This document shows, in pieces, positions 17,120 through 26,991 of a stretch of 32,000 nt of DNA (the stretch's first letter is position 1; the number at the start of each line of letters is the position of its first letter). Where the stretch lies: assembly GCF_000237865.1 (NCBI RefSeq), contig NC_017459.1:2940001-2972000 (forward strand). Direction: 5' to 3'. The position numbers were made by a program, and so were the translations under genes. The notes beneath the pieces were generated by a model. That model saw only the letters and a list, made by a program, of their open reading frames with translations. It was not told where the DNA came from and ran no database searches. The DNA comes from Haloquadratum walsbyi C23 (GTDB lineage: Archaea; Halobacteriota; Halobacteria; Halobacteriales; Haloferacaceae).

Positions 17120-18916
17120 TCAGTTTTCTCCCCAAACATCACTCAGCGGGTGAGTAGAACGACGATCTTCAGAATTCGTCTTATTATTTGAATTTGCATG
17201 TTTTGAATGGTCATCTGATTGGGCTGTCGACGTCGACGGTGACCTAACTCCCGCTGTGGATGCACGCCCGACAGTATTTATTGCTTCCTCGAATGTGGGT
17301 AATGTCGGTGTTGAAATACGGTCAACCTGCTCACGAAACCACGCTGGCATTTCATTTCGCGCGTTATTGAATAAGTTCAGTAGGGACGAATCAGCAAGAT
17401 AAGTGCTTCCATAGTCATCTGGTGAACGAACAATGCGACCACACGCTTGGATAACTGTCTGAAGTGCCACGCGTCGGTACCACGACCACTTTCCGTCTGA
17501 AAGTCGGCGACTTACACGCGAGTCGGTTGTATTGAGATACGGCGCTTTACAGATCACCTGCCAACGACAAAGATCTCCCTGCAGGTCAAGTGCTTCCTCC
17601 ATCGTCACAGAGAGGAATATATCTGGACTGTCGGTGCTAAGCCACGCTTGGAGCGATTCATCTCGGTCAGTGGTATCATGTGTTTGAATTCGTGATTCAA
17701 CTCCTAACTCTGCAAGACGACGGCGAAGTGACGATTGTATCGCGTATGAATGACAATGGATGAGTCCCTTCTCATCTGGATGTGCTGCCATCAGTCGTAT
17801 AAGCATGCGAGTAACCGCCGGGAGTGTCTCATCGCGCTCATTATATGTCATTTTACCACACGTGACATCATATAGTGGTCGATTTGCGACGGGAAATGTA
17901 TGATCGACATCAACAAGTGCGACCTCAGCAGGGTCAAGCCCAACACCGCGACAGAATGCGTTTTTATTCAAGATCGTCGCAGATAATAATGCAAATTTAT
18001 TCCCTCGATTCCAGACAGTATGTGAAAGATACCGAGCGGGATCAAGTGGTTTGATTGCGACGTCATTGTTGGTATCATCTTGATCAATAACCCACGTTGT
18101 TGGACTTTGTGGGTCGCGTGCATCGGAAATAAACCATTGTAATTCTGAGCGGATCTCTTGTAGTCGATCACGATGGGCGGCCTCAGTCGGGGTCAGTTCA
18201 TCACGATTGATTAATGGATCAATAGCGCGTTTACATGCCTCAATGACCGTTTCGGCGAATCGAATCGTCCGGTCAAGTGGATCTGATTCGGCTGTGAGGT
18301 CAGGGACAGTTATTTCATCCCAGATTGGAATTGTGTTAGACTGAAGATTGACTGTTGCATACATTTCTGCCCACTCAGGTAATCCGTGTGCTTCGTCGAT
18401 AACAACAACATCACGCCGCCTGAAGACATCTGAGCCTGCTGTCTGCATAAAATATGCAAGAGTCATGGCAGCGATTCGGCGATTTGAGGCGATTGCTCGG
18501 TCAGAGAAGTATGGGCAGCGATGTCGAACCGAACAGTCATATCCTTTCTCACGAGCGCACGGAGCACGATCAACAGGCGTCTCGGTTTCTCCGTTTAAGA
18601 TGCATGTATAATTCGATTTTCCCCGGATGATATTTAGATCATCCAATAATGGGTCAGCAGCAACATCATCAAGTTGTGATACTTGCGGGGTGGTATAGTA
18701 CGAATTAATTGCATCAGAAGGTTTAGCATCAGTCACTGTGCGTGCACCACCGGCGATCGCTCGTGCTAAAAGCGACTTGCCGCTACCTGTGGGTGCACGT
18801 ACAAGGACAACACTATTTCCTGCAGCGAAAGCATCACGAATATCGCTGATTGCTTCCGCTTGCATACCGCGGAATGAAGAAGCTGGGAACGATTCTCGGA
18901 TTCGATCCGGATCCAC
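17120..18916 (-). CDS. XPD/Rad3-type (DinG family) ATP-dependent DNA helicase
   Basis: 598 aa with a GTG start. Walker A APTGSGKS and DEAH box VVIDEAHGL. A four-Cys Fe-S domain (C..C..C..C in YTCILNG..APCAREKGYDCSVRHRCPYF). C-terminal helicase motifs (..QACGRIVRS..). Confidence 0.88.
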   Translation of the reverse strand: MDPDRIRESFPASSFRGMQAEAISDIRDAFAAGNSVVLVRAPTGSGKSLLARAIAGGARTVTDAKPSDAINSYYTTPQVSQLDDVAADPLLDDLNIIRGKSNYTCILNGETETPVDRAPCAREKGYDCSVRHRCPYFSDRAIASNRRIAAMTLAYFMQTAGSDVFRRRDVVVIDEAHGLPEWAEMYATVNLQSNTIPIWDEITVPDLTAESDPLDRTIRFAETVIEACKRAIDPLINRDELTPTEAAHRDRLQEIRSELQWFISDARDPQSPTTWVIDQDDTNNDVAIKPLDPARYLSHTVWNRGNKFALLSATILNKNAFCRGVGLDPAEVALVDVDHTFPVANRPLYDVTCGKMTYNERDETLPAVTRMLIRLMAAHPDEKGLIHCHSYAIQSSLRRRLAELGVESRIQTHDTTDRDESLQAWLSTDSPDIFLSVTMEEALDLQGDLCRWQVICKAPYLNTTDSRVSRRLSDGKWSWYRRVALQTVIQACGRIVRSPDDYGSTYLADSSLLNLFNNARNEMPAWFREQVDRISTPTLPTFEEAINTVGRASTAGVRSPSTSTAQSDDHSKHANSNNKTNSEDRRSTHPLSDVWGEN

Positions 18917-18974
18917 AGATGTGTTCCGTTATTAGTGTATAAAAGTCTTCTAAACAGATATTAATCTGAGTCAG

Positions 18975-19178
18975 TCATAGTTTATTGATGTCATCGCTTG
19001 TTACGACTCGGTCACTTGGGAGTTGTCCGATACAGTCATGACAAAGAAAGAATTCGCCGCCATCATCGAGTTCAATTGTCATTCCACCAGTCGGGTCAGT
19101 CTCAAATGACCACAGATCACCAATCCCACCAGCAATACGGACAGGTCGTCCACACGTCTCGCACGACTGAGTTGCCAT
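18975..19178 (-). CDS. Small zinc-ribbon protein (CxxC..CxxC)
   Basis: The internal ATG at 19178 gives 67 aa: MATQSCETCGRPVRIAGGIGDLWSFETDPTGGMTIELDDGGEFFLCHDCIGQL... The upstream part of the 125-aa track ORF is basic and Cys/His/Arg-rich, so non-coding-like. Confidence 0.6.
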   Translation of the reverse strand: MATQSCETCGRPVRIAGGIGDLWSFETDPTGGMTIELDDGGEFFLCHDCIGQLPSDRVVTSDDINKL

Positions 19179-19576
19179 ATTACGATTATCGGTGCAATCA
19201 ATAAACCGCCTCCGGTGAGAATCCAAATCAAGAATCATTAACACGGTGGGACTGCAGCGTATAATATGCACCCTTGTTTGCCGGTCACGGCATCTACACA
19301 CATTCGCACCACGCAGAGTGCGTGTGTGGGGGCGTGGATATCCAAATATCACTTATCACCGTTTTCAACTAGTTTTACGACACATCCACGCGCTATCCGG
19401 TTCGCATCCGTGCTCATATTCATGCGTAATTATGCACATGCATCAACTCAGCAGAGTCATGATTACAATCACAGCTCAAACGCGCAACTAGCCCGAAATA
19501 AGGGGGTAGATCAGGCTCAGGCTCAGATGCAGCAAAGGGGAGTCACTCAGATTGCCGGTAACTGGGCAGCACGCTG

Positions 19577-20314
19577 ATGGCTCGATCAAGCGCTCATGCA
19601 GGGACAGAGTCGAGCCCATACGGCGACACATGGGTATATGAGAGTATCATTGGAGCGTTACCAGGAATTGAACTATCCGACACTGAGGCAATTGCACTAC
19701 AACTTGGATTATTCGAAGTTGCAGTAATTGTGCTCTCAATTGGATATGGTATTGAATCAGCTATTCTACCAGGAACTGTGGCGGTTTTTGAAGCAGCTGT
19801 CGGGAGTGGTGCAATGCAGCGACTTGGTCGTGGAACACGTGAGCTTGACCTTCCGCAGTCATATCGGCAGTTTCTGTTTGGATCGAGTATTGAGGTAGTC
19901 CTCGGCGTATTAGCGTTTGTTGCGCTTGTTACACATCTATTTGTTTTTGATCCTCGAGGGACTGGAATGACAATTATTGAGTCTTTTCTTGGAGAAAATC
20001 CGCCAATTCTTGTTGTGTATCTCACCTTATTGATTCTCTGGGATCTTTGTTACCGGATTGGAACTTCATGGTGGGCTGCTGTTGTTGCTCTCTGGCGATC
20101 CTGGCGATATGAATTTGACTCCGAAACTGTGGGTAAACTGCGTCGCCTTGATGCACTCAACGCTGGATTTGGACTAACACAGGTTGCAATGGTTCCGTTT
20201 GTGATTGACCGACCGGTACTGCTCACTGCTGTAGGAGGTCATGTGATTGCTGTTATCGGTGTCTCTCTTGCTGCACTGGTAACACTTGATGAAATAGATG
20301 TATCAACAGCCTGA
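19577..20314 (+). CDS. Integral membrane protein, uncharacterised (about 6 TM segments)
   Basis: 245 aa with an ATG start and alternating hydrophobic helices (e.g. LGLFEVAVIVLSIGYGI, VVLGVLAFVALVTHLFVF, ILVVYLTLLILWDLCY). Confidence 0.75.
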   Translation: MARSSAHAGTESSPYGDTWVYESIIGALPGIELSDTEAIALQLGLFEVAVIVLSIGYGIESAILPGTVAVFEAAVGSGAMQRLGRGTRELDLPQSYRQFLFGSSIEVVLGVLAFVALVTHLFVFDPRGTGMTIIESFLGENPPILVVYLTLLILWDLCYRIGTSWWAAVVALWRSWRYEFDSETVGKLRRLDALNAGFGLTQVAMVPFVIDRPVLLTAVGGHVIAVIGVSLAALVTLDEIDVSTA

Positions 20315-20778
20315 TCGAATTGACGTCTTCTCCAACGTCTATACAGTGAGCCTACAAGCATCAATATATTAACTTACTACATACTATTTGTTGCTGACTA
20401 TGATGATGATAATCTGCGTGTTCAGGTGAAACAATGTTTAAACACTATTCATAGTTAACCAGGAGCGTCGAAATCGCGATTAATTGAGGCTCAATATCGC
20501 CAGCACTAGCAGTCACAATCGTTACTTCACCTGCCTGGGACTGCGGACAACCCATCAAATTCATACTGGCTAGCCGTTCGGTGGAAGAATGGGGGGACTG
20601 TCAGCCCAACGAACACACCATTCAGAATAGGATCTTTTGACGCAGATACTTCTTATTTAGCAATATATCGGAGTAGCGTGGCACTGCGCTGGAGAATAGC
20701 GCTAGATAGCGACCTCATAGACACAGACAATGACAAAATAGGCGATATGAATAATTGTGTCCGCGTAATATTAAGCAT

Positions 20779-21774
20779 GTGGCACGCCCGCTTCGCTTTC
20801 GACATGCCCCTTGGAAATGGAATAACAGCCAGGTAGAGGAGAAACTCTATCGCGATCTTGATCAGAATCTTGGGGCAACACGGCGTCAACCGTGGTTTAA
20901 ATCACCACCGACATACACCGGAGACCGGTTTGAGATGAGCAATGGCGACATTGCGTTATTTGCATGGAATGATACAGAAGCCTACTGGCTTGGGAATACA
21001 GAAACACCAAAAGCACTCTGGCGGACTGATAAACATGGATTCGGCGCTGTTGATAATGCTATTTCCCGGTGGGCAACCCGAGAATTAACTGCGCAGCTAC
21101 ATGTCGAAAGTCCATGGCTCGAACCATATCCACACCTGTCATGGTTTTTTCTTCCAGTGTTTCTCTCGAAAGATGGTCGTGAGACAACGCGAACATTCTT
21201 CAAGAAACATGCGGCAGGGTTTCCCGATGCAGCGCGCGAAAATGTCTTAGAGTTCTATGAAGCGGTCGTCCGAACGCGTGTGCTTGATCAATGGCGAGAA
21301 GTGATGGCTGGAAAGTTGGGAACATCTGAATATCTTGATCTAACTCGAATGACTGCAGCAATGGGCGAATTCAATGTTGCATATTTATTAGATAATGCTG
21401 GATACGACATCGAACCTGAGATAACTGTATCGACTGGACATGCAATTGATTATCGGGCAGAAACTGATGAAATGGCGACTCTTGTTGAGGTGACAAGACC
21501 AACACCGACAGCAAAGCGGACAGCAGGTACGCCAATCGCGGCCGTACGGGATACAGCGCAGACAAAATCAAGAGGTCAACTGAAATCTCACGGTGGAGAT
21601 GTTGTATTGTTTGTCGATTGTTCATCATTTCCGGATGATGAGTGGCAACGGATCATTGCAGAAAAACCATCTGTCCATCATCAACCAGCGGTAGTGTATC
21701 GACTCCGACCATCGGGTCATGTCTCGGGATATATGAAAGGAGATGTCCCGCTTATACTATCAGACATTGGGTAA
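20779..21774 (+). CDS. Conserved hypothetical protein (haloarchaeal type), function unknown
   Basis: The long ORF is 20755..21774. A GTG at 20779 gives (M)ARPLRFRH.., a plausible N-terminus. Acidic, Trp-rich, no motif recognised. Confidence 0.7.
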   Translation: MARPLRFRHAPWKWNNSQVEEKLYRDLDQNLGATRRQPWFKSPPTYTGDRFEMSNGDIALFAWNDTEAYWLGNTETPKALWRTDKHGFGAVDNAISRWATRELTAQLHVESPWLEPYPHLSWFFLPVFLSKDGRETTRTFFKKHAAGFPDAARENVLEFYEAVVRTRVLDQWREVMAGKLGTSEYLDLTRMTAAMGEFNVAYLLDNAGYDIEPEITVSTGHAIDYRAETDEMATLVEVTRPTPTAKRTAGTPIAAVRDTAQTKSRGQLKSHGGDVVLFVDCSSFPDDEWQRIIAEKPSVHHQPAVVYRLRPSGHVSGYMKGDVPLILSDIG

Positions 21775-21839
21775 TAAAGAGACTGTAGTATATTTCTGCT
21801 TAGGACTTGGTTAGTATCATATAGATCAGACAGTAAGAA

Positions 21840-22124
21840 TCAGAATGATACCTGTTGCGGTCCGTCTTCACCAGTTGTATATGCATCACGGTCACTGTAA
21901 TATCGGCGACCGATTGCTTCAGACCCAAGTCCGCAAAAGAGTGCTGATTGGACATCGCTTGCACATGTATATGTCTCTGACCCAGCACGGGTTAGCACCT
22001 CGCCAAGTTGTGTAGTCCCATTTGGAAGTTCAATTGTTTCCTCACCATGTGCTTCAACGATATCTTCAGTCGTCGCTGGGAACTCATGTCGGTTAATCAG
22101 GTCATCCGCATGATTCAATCTCAT
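21840..22124 (-). CDS. Small conserved hypothetical protein
   Basis: 94 aa from the ATG at 22124 (MRLNHADDLINRHEFPATTEDIVEAHGEETIELPNGTTQLGEVL..YYSDRDAY..). Acidic composition. The track ORF starts 4 codons earlier. Confidence 0.65.
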   Translation of the reverse strand: MRLNHADDLINRHEFPATTEDIVEAHGEETIELPNGTTQLGEVLTRAGSETYTCASDVQSALFCGLGSEAIGRRYYSDRDAYTTGEDGPQQVSF

Positions 22125-22238
22125 TGTATATATCATATTTTACCCAAGGTTCTTAATGGTTTTCAATGATAAAATATAGACTCTATAGAGACCTTAATTA
22201 TCATTAATGTGGTCTAGAATAGACAGAAAGGGTATTAC

Positions 22239-23075
22239 TTGTCCGCATCTATTGCATGTGTGACAACTAACAGTGCGGAGACGGATGCCCCATCTGCAGA
22301 CCTCCATATACATACAACCGCCTCGGATGGGCTATTAACAATCGATGAGCTCCCAGAAGTTGCAGATAAAGCAGGCATTGATACTGTTGCCGTCACGGAT
22401 CATGATCGGATTCATCCTGAACTTGCTACTCCCGTGTCAACAAAGGGTGCTGTGACGATTATCCGTGGAATCGAGCTTCGAGTTAGCGCTGGTGATCAAC
22501 GATTAGATCTGCTTGGGTATGCTGTTAGGCGGACTGACTCACTCATTGAGCTCACAACCTCAATTCAACAAAATCGAAAAAAGCGTGGTGCTGCAATGGT
22601 TGATGCTGTCGAGTCATATCTTGATATTAGCCTTGATATTGATATTCGTAAAGGGTTGGGTCGCCCTGATATCGCACGGGCGATTGATGAAAGTGACGCA
22701 CCATATGATTATTCTGATGCTTTCAGCGAGGTGATTGGATCGGAGAATCCCTGTTATATCCAGCGCGATATCCCATCATTCGACACAGGGGCAGGAGTGC
22801 TTGCTGATGCATGTTCAGTCATCGGGCTTGCGCATCCGTTTCGGTATCCAGACCCGGCAGCGGCGCTTAAACGAGCAGAGAAATTAGATGCTGTTGAACG
22901 ATATTATCCATACAGTGGTCAGAATGCTGACCGCGCTGACCCAGTAGTCATTGAAGACGTTGCAACAAATGCTGATTTACTTCTTATTGGTGGATCGGAT
23001 GCACACAACCGAACCGTCGGTATCACCGGACCACCACCGGCTGATTTTGAACCGTTTGCGACACGGGTATCATAG
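22239..23075 (+). CDS. PHP (polymerase/histidinol phosphatase) domain metal-dependent phosphoesterase
   Basis: DLHIHTTASDG and AVTDHD motifs, then C-terminal ..GGSDAH. The start is uncertain (TTG 22239 or GTG 22260). Confidence 0.85.
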   Translation: MSASIACVTTNSAETDAPSADLHIHTTASDGLLTIDELPEVADKAGIDTVAVTDHDRIHPELATPVSTKGAVTIIRGIELRVSAGDQRLDLLGYAVRRTDSLIELTTSIQQNRKKRGAAMVDAVESYLDISLDIDIRKGLGRPDIARAIDESDAPYDYSDAFSEVIGSENPCYIQRDIPSFDTGAGVLADACSVIGLAHPFRYPDPAAALKRAEKLDAVERYYPYSGQNADRADPVVIEDVATNADLLLIGGSDAHNRTVGITGPPPADFEPFATRVS

Positions 23076-23181
23076 GTTATTATCACTCACGGTTTCAATT
23101 TGTTACTTATCGAAAGGGCACTTAGCCTTTATCAGGCAATGTCTGACAGTAGGCTTAAAGAGTAAGAGGGCTAAAATACAT

Positions 23182-23352
23182 ATGGTAATGAAGTGCCACT
23201 ATTGCGACCAAGAGGCGGCATACGCCGCTGAGAAGGATGGAATCAAGGTCGGTCTCTGTGAACGGCACTTCCGGCAGCGAGTTGAAGAACTCGCAGATTC
23301 CGAGGAACTAGCTGCCCTTCGAGAACAGATTGACATCGACCGAACCGAATAG
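23182..23352 (+). CDS. Small zinc-finger protein (C-x2-C..C-x2-H)
   Basis: 56 aa from the ATG at 23182: MVMKCHYCDQEAAYAAEKDGIKVGLCERHFRQRVEELADSEELAALREQIDIDRTE, with an acidic helical tail. Confidence 0.6.
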   Translation: MVMKCHYCDQEAAYAAEKDGIKVGLCERHFRQRVEELADSEELAALREQIDIDRTE

Positions 23353-23579
23353 TATCACTAAAATCGCGCAGGGAAGCATATCAAATATATATTGAATTAT
23401 TGAAGCGCACTCGTAATGTTTCATTATACATTTTGTATCTCTTGCGGCAAATCCACATATTATCCTGCGAAATCAAAAAACGAATGATTTCTCATATCAC
23501 ACGAGTTGATTTTTTGATAGTCAATTCAATTTAATGGTTATATCTTCGATCAGCACTCAAGACCTATTGGATACCAGTA

Positions 23580-23863
23580 TTGACATTCTCCTCCGTCTGA
23601 AGGCAGGAGGGATCACGGCACCGCACCGCTTCGCTGAGTTGGGGGTGTCAGGTTTGGGTTTGAGTTTGGGTTTGCAGACTCCCAATACTAATACCAAGTC
23701 AGTCCACCGTTGGAATCGGTGTGTGACCGGTCACTGCGCAATCTCCAGGGAGTGCTACATCTCAGCCCCCAATGCTCCTCTCCTCACCTGAGGCGAAGTC
23801 CCTGTGTTGGTTGTGCCACAGGAGTTTCGATCATTGTCACTGTCACCGGACTCGGAGTTACTT
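23580..23863 (-). mobile_element. 3' part of a tnpB-less IS1341-derived element (omega-RNA-like body with intact terminal R hairpin), separated from its 5' part by an IS1595 insertion
   Basis: The minus strand ends gatCCCTCCTGCCttcaGACGGAGGAGaatgtcaa (23614->23580). The body shares blocks with 8868-9030 and 14439-14463 (cacaccg..caac.cggtgg) and with 3260-3479. Confidence 0.55.
23651..23674 (+). repeat. Hexamer microsatellite (GGTTTG-like x4)
   Basis: ggtttg ggtttg agtttg ggtttg, read directly. It lies inside the element above. Confidence 0.8.
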
Positions 23864-24871
23864 GTACGCTCTTGTGAAGTACATTGTTGGTGAGTCAGAG
23901 AACTTCTCGGATAATCTGTTTCAGTGCTTCTTGTCCCGGTTTGCGGAGGATTCGTCGCCGAAGTTGGAACGGCCTGAGATATGCTGTCAGTTTGTCCTTT
24001 GAGACGCCTCGATGCGGCGAGAGCCACCGTCGCGCCAGCGACGCGTGGCTCTCGCACGTGTTCACATGTGCGTCTCCATCAACGTACTCGCCGTCACCGT
24101 GAATTACTGATTCTCGGTGGAAGCTCTCATCATTGTCGAGTGGATCGTAGGCACGAAATCCGTCAGTATAGATGCTCAGCGACTCCTTCTCGTGGTTGTC
24201 GAGAAGGAGTCGCACGGTCGTTTCATCGGCGGATTTCGCTGGGACGACGTATCGCTGACCGCTGCCCCGATCAACGAGCGTGAACACTGGCGGTTTATCA
24301 CCCTCATACGTTCCTCGTCCGCGTTTCGAGAGGGCACGCGAGCGCGACTCTCGATCGCGCTCGCGACCTTTCTTCCCAGCAGAGACATAGAACTCGTCGA
24401 TCTCGACCGGTCCAACGAGATCGATTGTTGGCGCGTCGAGCGTTCTGGCGAACTGCTCGACGCGCCGGTGAAGCGAGCGATACGAAACGTCAATTTCAGC
24501 GTCTAACTGGCGGATACTCGTGTTGAACCGGAGGAACGAGTAGAACGCGAACAACAGCTTATCGAGGCCGATCTTCGCGTGCGCAAAAATCGTGCCGGTT
24601 TTGTCGTTGAACGTGCGGTCGCAATCCTTACACAGGTACCGTTGATACTCTCGATAGCTGCCGTGTTTGATTACCGACTCAGACTGGCAGCGCGGGCAAC
24701 AGAGGCCCTCTCGCCAGCGAACCTGCTCCAGCAGGTTCGCGGCGCTCGCCTCTGAGCTCAGCAATTCAAATGGGAACATTGCGTTCAGGTGACGCGTCGC
24801 GTCACTCTTGCCCGCTACGCTTTCACGGCGATAGCTTTACCCGACCAACAATCTGCTTCAGAAGAGCGTAC
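23864..24871 (-). mobile_element. IS1595-family insertion sequence (about 1.0 kb)
   Basis: Imperfect terminal inverted repeats: 23864-23891 gtacgctcttgtgaagtacattgttggt vs the reverse complement of 24844-24871, gtacgctcttctgaagcagattgttggt (25/28). It has a single transposase ORF. The exact tips and target duplication were not resolved. Confidence 0.75.
23895..24779 (-). CDS. IS1595-family transposase (N-terminal zinc ribbon + DDE domain)
   Basis: 294 aa: CPRCQS..KHGSYREYQRYLCKDCDRTFNDKTGT zinc-ribbon motif, then a DDE region (..VEIDEFYV.., ..IYTDGFRAY.., ..NTCESHASLARRW). Confidence 0.88.
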   Translation of the reverse strand: MFPFELLSSEASAANLLEQVRWREGLCCPRCQSESVIKHGSYREYQRYLCKDCDRTFNDKTGTIFAHAKIGLDKLLFAFYSFLRFNTSIRQLDAEIDVSYRSLHRRVEQFARTLDAPTIDLVGPVEIDEFYVSAGKKGRERDRESRSRALSKRGRGTYEGDKPPVFTLVDRGSGQRYVVPAKSADETTVRLLLDNHEKESLSIYTDGFRAYDPLDNDESFHRESVIHGDGEYVDGDAHVNTCESHASLARRWLSPHRGVSKDKLTAYLRPFQLRRRILRKPGQEALKQIIREVL

Positions 24872-25089
24872 TTGTATTGGTGACGAGAGCCCAATGGCTG
24901 TTTGATTCCCACATGGGGCACCCTGTTTCCAGCGTGGGCGGACACTCTCACTCGAATCGCCACTTTTCGGGCACTCGGCTGCATCGGGGTCAGAGCCAAT
25001 GCGCCGTTGTACAGCAAAACCGGTTGAAAACTACAGTATGACGGCGCGTATCCACGCCGTGAGCAGGCGTGGTATTGCGCCTGTACCAT
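24872..25089 (-). mobile_element. 5' part of the element interrupted by the IS1595 copy
   Basis: A GC-rich non-coding block starts right after the dedA stop. It has a hairpin ccacgcc tgctcac ggcgtgg near 25040-25060. The block adjoining the IS (24878-24915) loosely parallels 3480-3512. Confidence 0.35.
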
Positions 25090-25608
25090 CTATAATAACC
25101 GACCTGAGAGTAAAAACAACCCAGCAAGAGCACATTCAAAAACAACGGTTCCGATTGCGGATAATGTAATAAATTGGCGATCATTCATCTCAGCAAATCC
25201 TGCAGGAACGGTGAGCATCCCACGTGTGAATAATAATGCGTTGCTAAGAGGAATAATAAAGGGACCCCAGCGTTCAAACCACCCATCGAATCGTTCAAGT
25301 TTGGATGGCTTGATCCGAAACCACGATTTCTGGAGAAGATACTCACGACCTCCATGCTGTGCGAGTTTAAATAATACATATTGACCAATTGTTGCACCAG
25401 CCACTGCAACCCCAATAATGGGGATAACAGCATCATCACCAAGCAATAATAACGATCCAGGGACAATAAACTCACTTGGCATGAAGTACATCAACATCGC
25501 CCCCTCAAGTATGAATATACCAAAGAGGGCAATATAAGCCCACTCTGACTCAAGAAGTGCCACCAATTGTGGGGGCATTGACTCAAGTTGCAGCGGGAAT
25601 ACTAACAT
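25090..25608 (-). CDS. DedA/SNARE-associated family membrane protein
   Basis: 172 aa from the ATG at 25608: ..YIALFGIFILEGAMLMYFMPSEFIVP..GATIGQYVLFKLAQHGGREYL..FERWGPFIIPLSNALLFTRGMLTVPAG. Confidence 0.85.
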   Translation of the reverse strand: MLVFPLQLESMPPQLVALLESEWAYIALFGIFILEGAMLMYFMPSEFIVPGSLLLLGDDAVIPIIGVAVAGATIGQYVLFKLAQHGGREYLLQKSWFRIKPSKLERFDGWFERWGPFIIPLSNALLFTRGMLTVPAGFAEMNDRQFITLSAIGTVVFECALAGLFLLSGRLL

Positions 25609-25709
25609 CAATTCAAATTATTGTGGAAAGCCACAAACTCGTTTCGCTATGAATTCGGAAGTAGCTCGCATAACAGTGAGAACGATGCGGCTTTTTTGCT
25701 TCAGATAGG

Positions 25710-26705
25710 ATGTCACATATGAATATTGAGTTGACTGACCGCCCACGGCGGCTACGCCGGGACGGGATTCGATCACTCGTCAGTGAAACCAGCGTAACTG
25801 CTCAAGATCTTGTTGCACCCGTTTTTATCGATGCAACGACAACAACACGAACACCAATCGAGTCGATGCCGGGACACGAGCGCGTTCCAATTGAAGATGC
25901 GGTGACACGCGTTGAAGAGATTCGTGAAACCGGTGTTGAGGCGGTCATGGTATTTGGAATTCCGGCTGAAAAAGATGAACGCGGGTCACGTGCATGGGCA
26001 AGTGATGGTGTTGTCCAGCAGGCTGTCCGTCGCATAACGGCTGAGACAGATGCGTACGTCATTACTGATGTTTGCTTGTGCGAGTATACAACACATGGTC
26101 ATTGTGGCGTTGTCGAATCTGATGCGGCGACGGACCCAACACTGACAGTAAAAAATGACAAAACACTTGAATTATTGACAAAGACGGCTGTTTCGCATGT
26201 CGAGGCAGGGGCAGAAATGGTCGCACCAAGTTCAATGACTGATGGAATGATAACTGCGATCCGAACTGCGTTAGATGAGACAGGACATACAGATATCCCA
26301 ATCATGTCGTATGCTGCAAAGTACGAAAGTGCATTTTATGGTCCATTCCGTGATGCAGCCGACGGCGCACCGGCATTTGGTGACCGACGACATTACCAAA
26401 TGGATCCAGCGAACAGTCAAGAGGCAAAGCGGGAGGTTCGACTTGATGTTGAAGCGGGGGCTGATGTGTTAATGGTTAAACCGGCACTTGCATATCTCGA
26501 TATTGTCAACACTGTATCGTCGAATTTCGACAGACCAGTCGCAGCATACAATGTGTCTGGAGAATATGCGATGGTTCATGCTGCCGCTGATCGCGGATGG
26601 GTCGATTTGGAAGCGACAGCAGTTGAATCACTTATTGCAATGAAGCGAGCCGGGGCTGATTTGATTATTACATATTTCGCTGAAAAGCTTGCAAATCAAC
26701 TCTGA
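25710..26705 (+). CDS. hemB: Porphobilinogen synthase (delta-aminolevulinate dehydratase)
   Basis: 331 aa: RPRRLR.., metal site DVCLCEYTTHGHCG, active-site Lys in LMVKPALAYLD, and C-terminal ..ADLIITYFA. Confidence 0.95.
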   Translation: MSHMNIELTDRPRRLRRDGIRSLVSETSVTAQDLVAPVFIDATTTTRTPIESMPGHERVPIEDAVTRVEEIRETGVEAVMVFGIPAEKDERGSRAWASDGVVQQAVRRITAETDAYVITDVCLCEYTTHGHCGVVESDAATDPTLTVKNDKTLELLTKTAVSHVEAGAEMVAPSSMTDGMITAIRTALDETGHTDIPIMSYAAKYESAFYGPFRDAADGAPAFGDRRHYQMDPANSQEAKREVRLDVEAGADVLMVKPALAYLDIVNTVSSNFDRPVAAYNVSGEYAMVHAAADRGWVDLEATAVESLIAMKRAGADLIITYFAEKLANQL

Positions 26706-26991
26706 ATTGATAGCGCGCCAGCGTATATGATAGATATGGCAGAATAGTATCAAAACATATGTCCATATTTTTGTTGACAACCGGGGTTATTTTGGACAGA
26801 TTATATCCTTATACACGTTATATTCCCCCCTAGATTGAACGCTTGTTAATCGCAATAAGTATTATATTGGTTTTTAAACTACAGGATTTATATGGTTCTG
26901 TTACCAGACTATCTGTTGTGATACATAATACAAATCGCGGTTGTCGTGATGTATTGATAAACAAATGTGCGATTCAAATGGCAGGTGAGAA

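Noticed and set aside
19386-19415. ggttcgcatcc, reminiscent of a tRNA T-arm (GGTTCGAATCC).
   Set aside because: The flanking bases do not form a T stem, acceptor stem or anticodon arm. No cloverleaf can be drawn.
20316-20336. The minus strand reads ..ggagaagacgtcaa, like the tail of a hairpin unit, 2 nt beyond the membrane-protein stop.
   Set aside because: No stem-loop precedes it, and the orientation is opposite to the adjacent gene. It is too short to separate from chance.
25690-25716. cttcagataggatgtca upstream of hemB looks like the loop and tail of the hairpin unit.
   Set aside because: There is no complementary stem, and atgtca is simply the hemB start codon plus the next codon. This is a chance resemblance.
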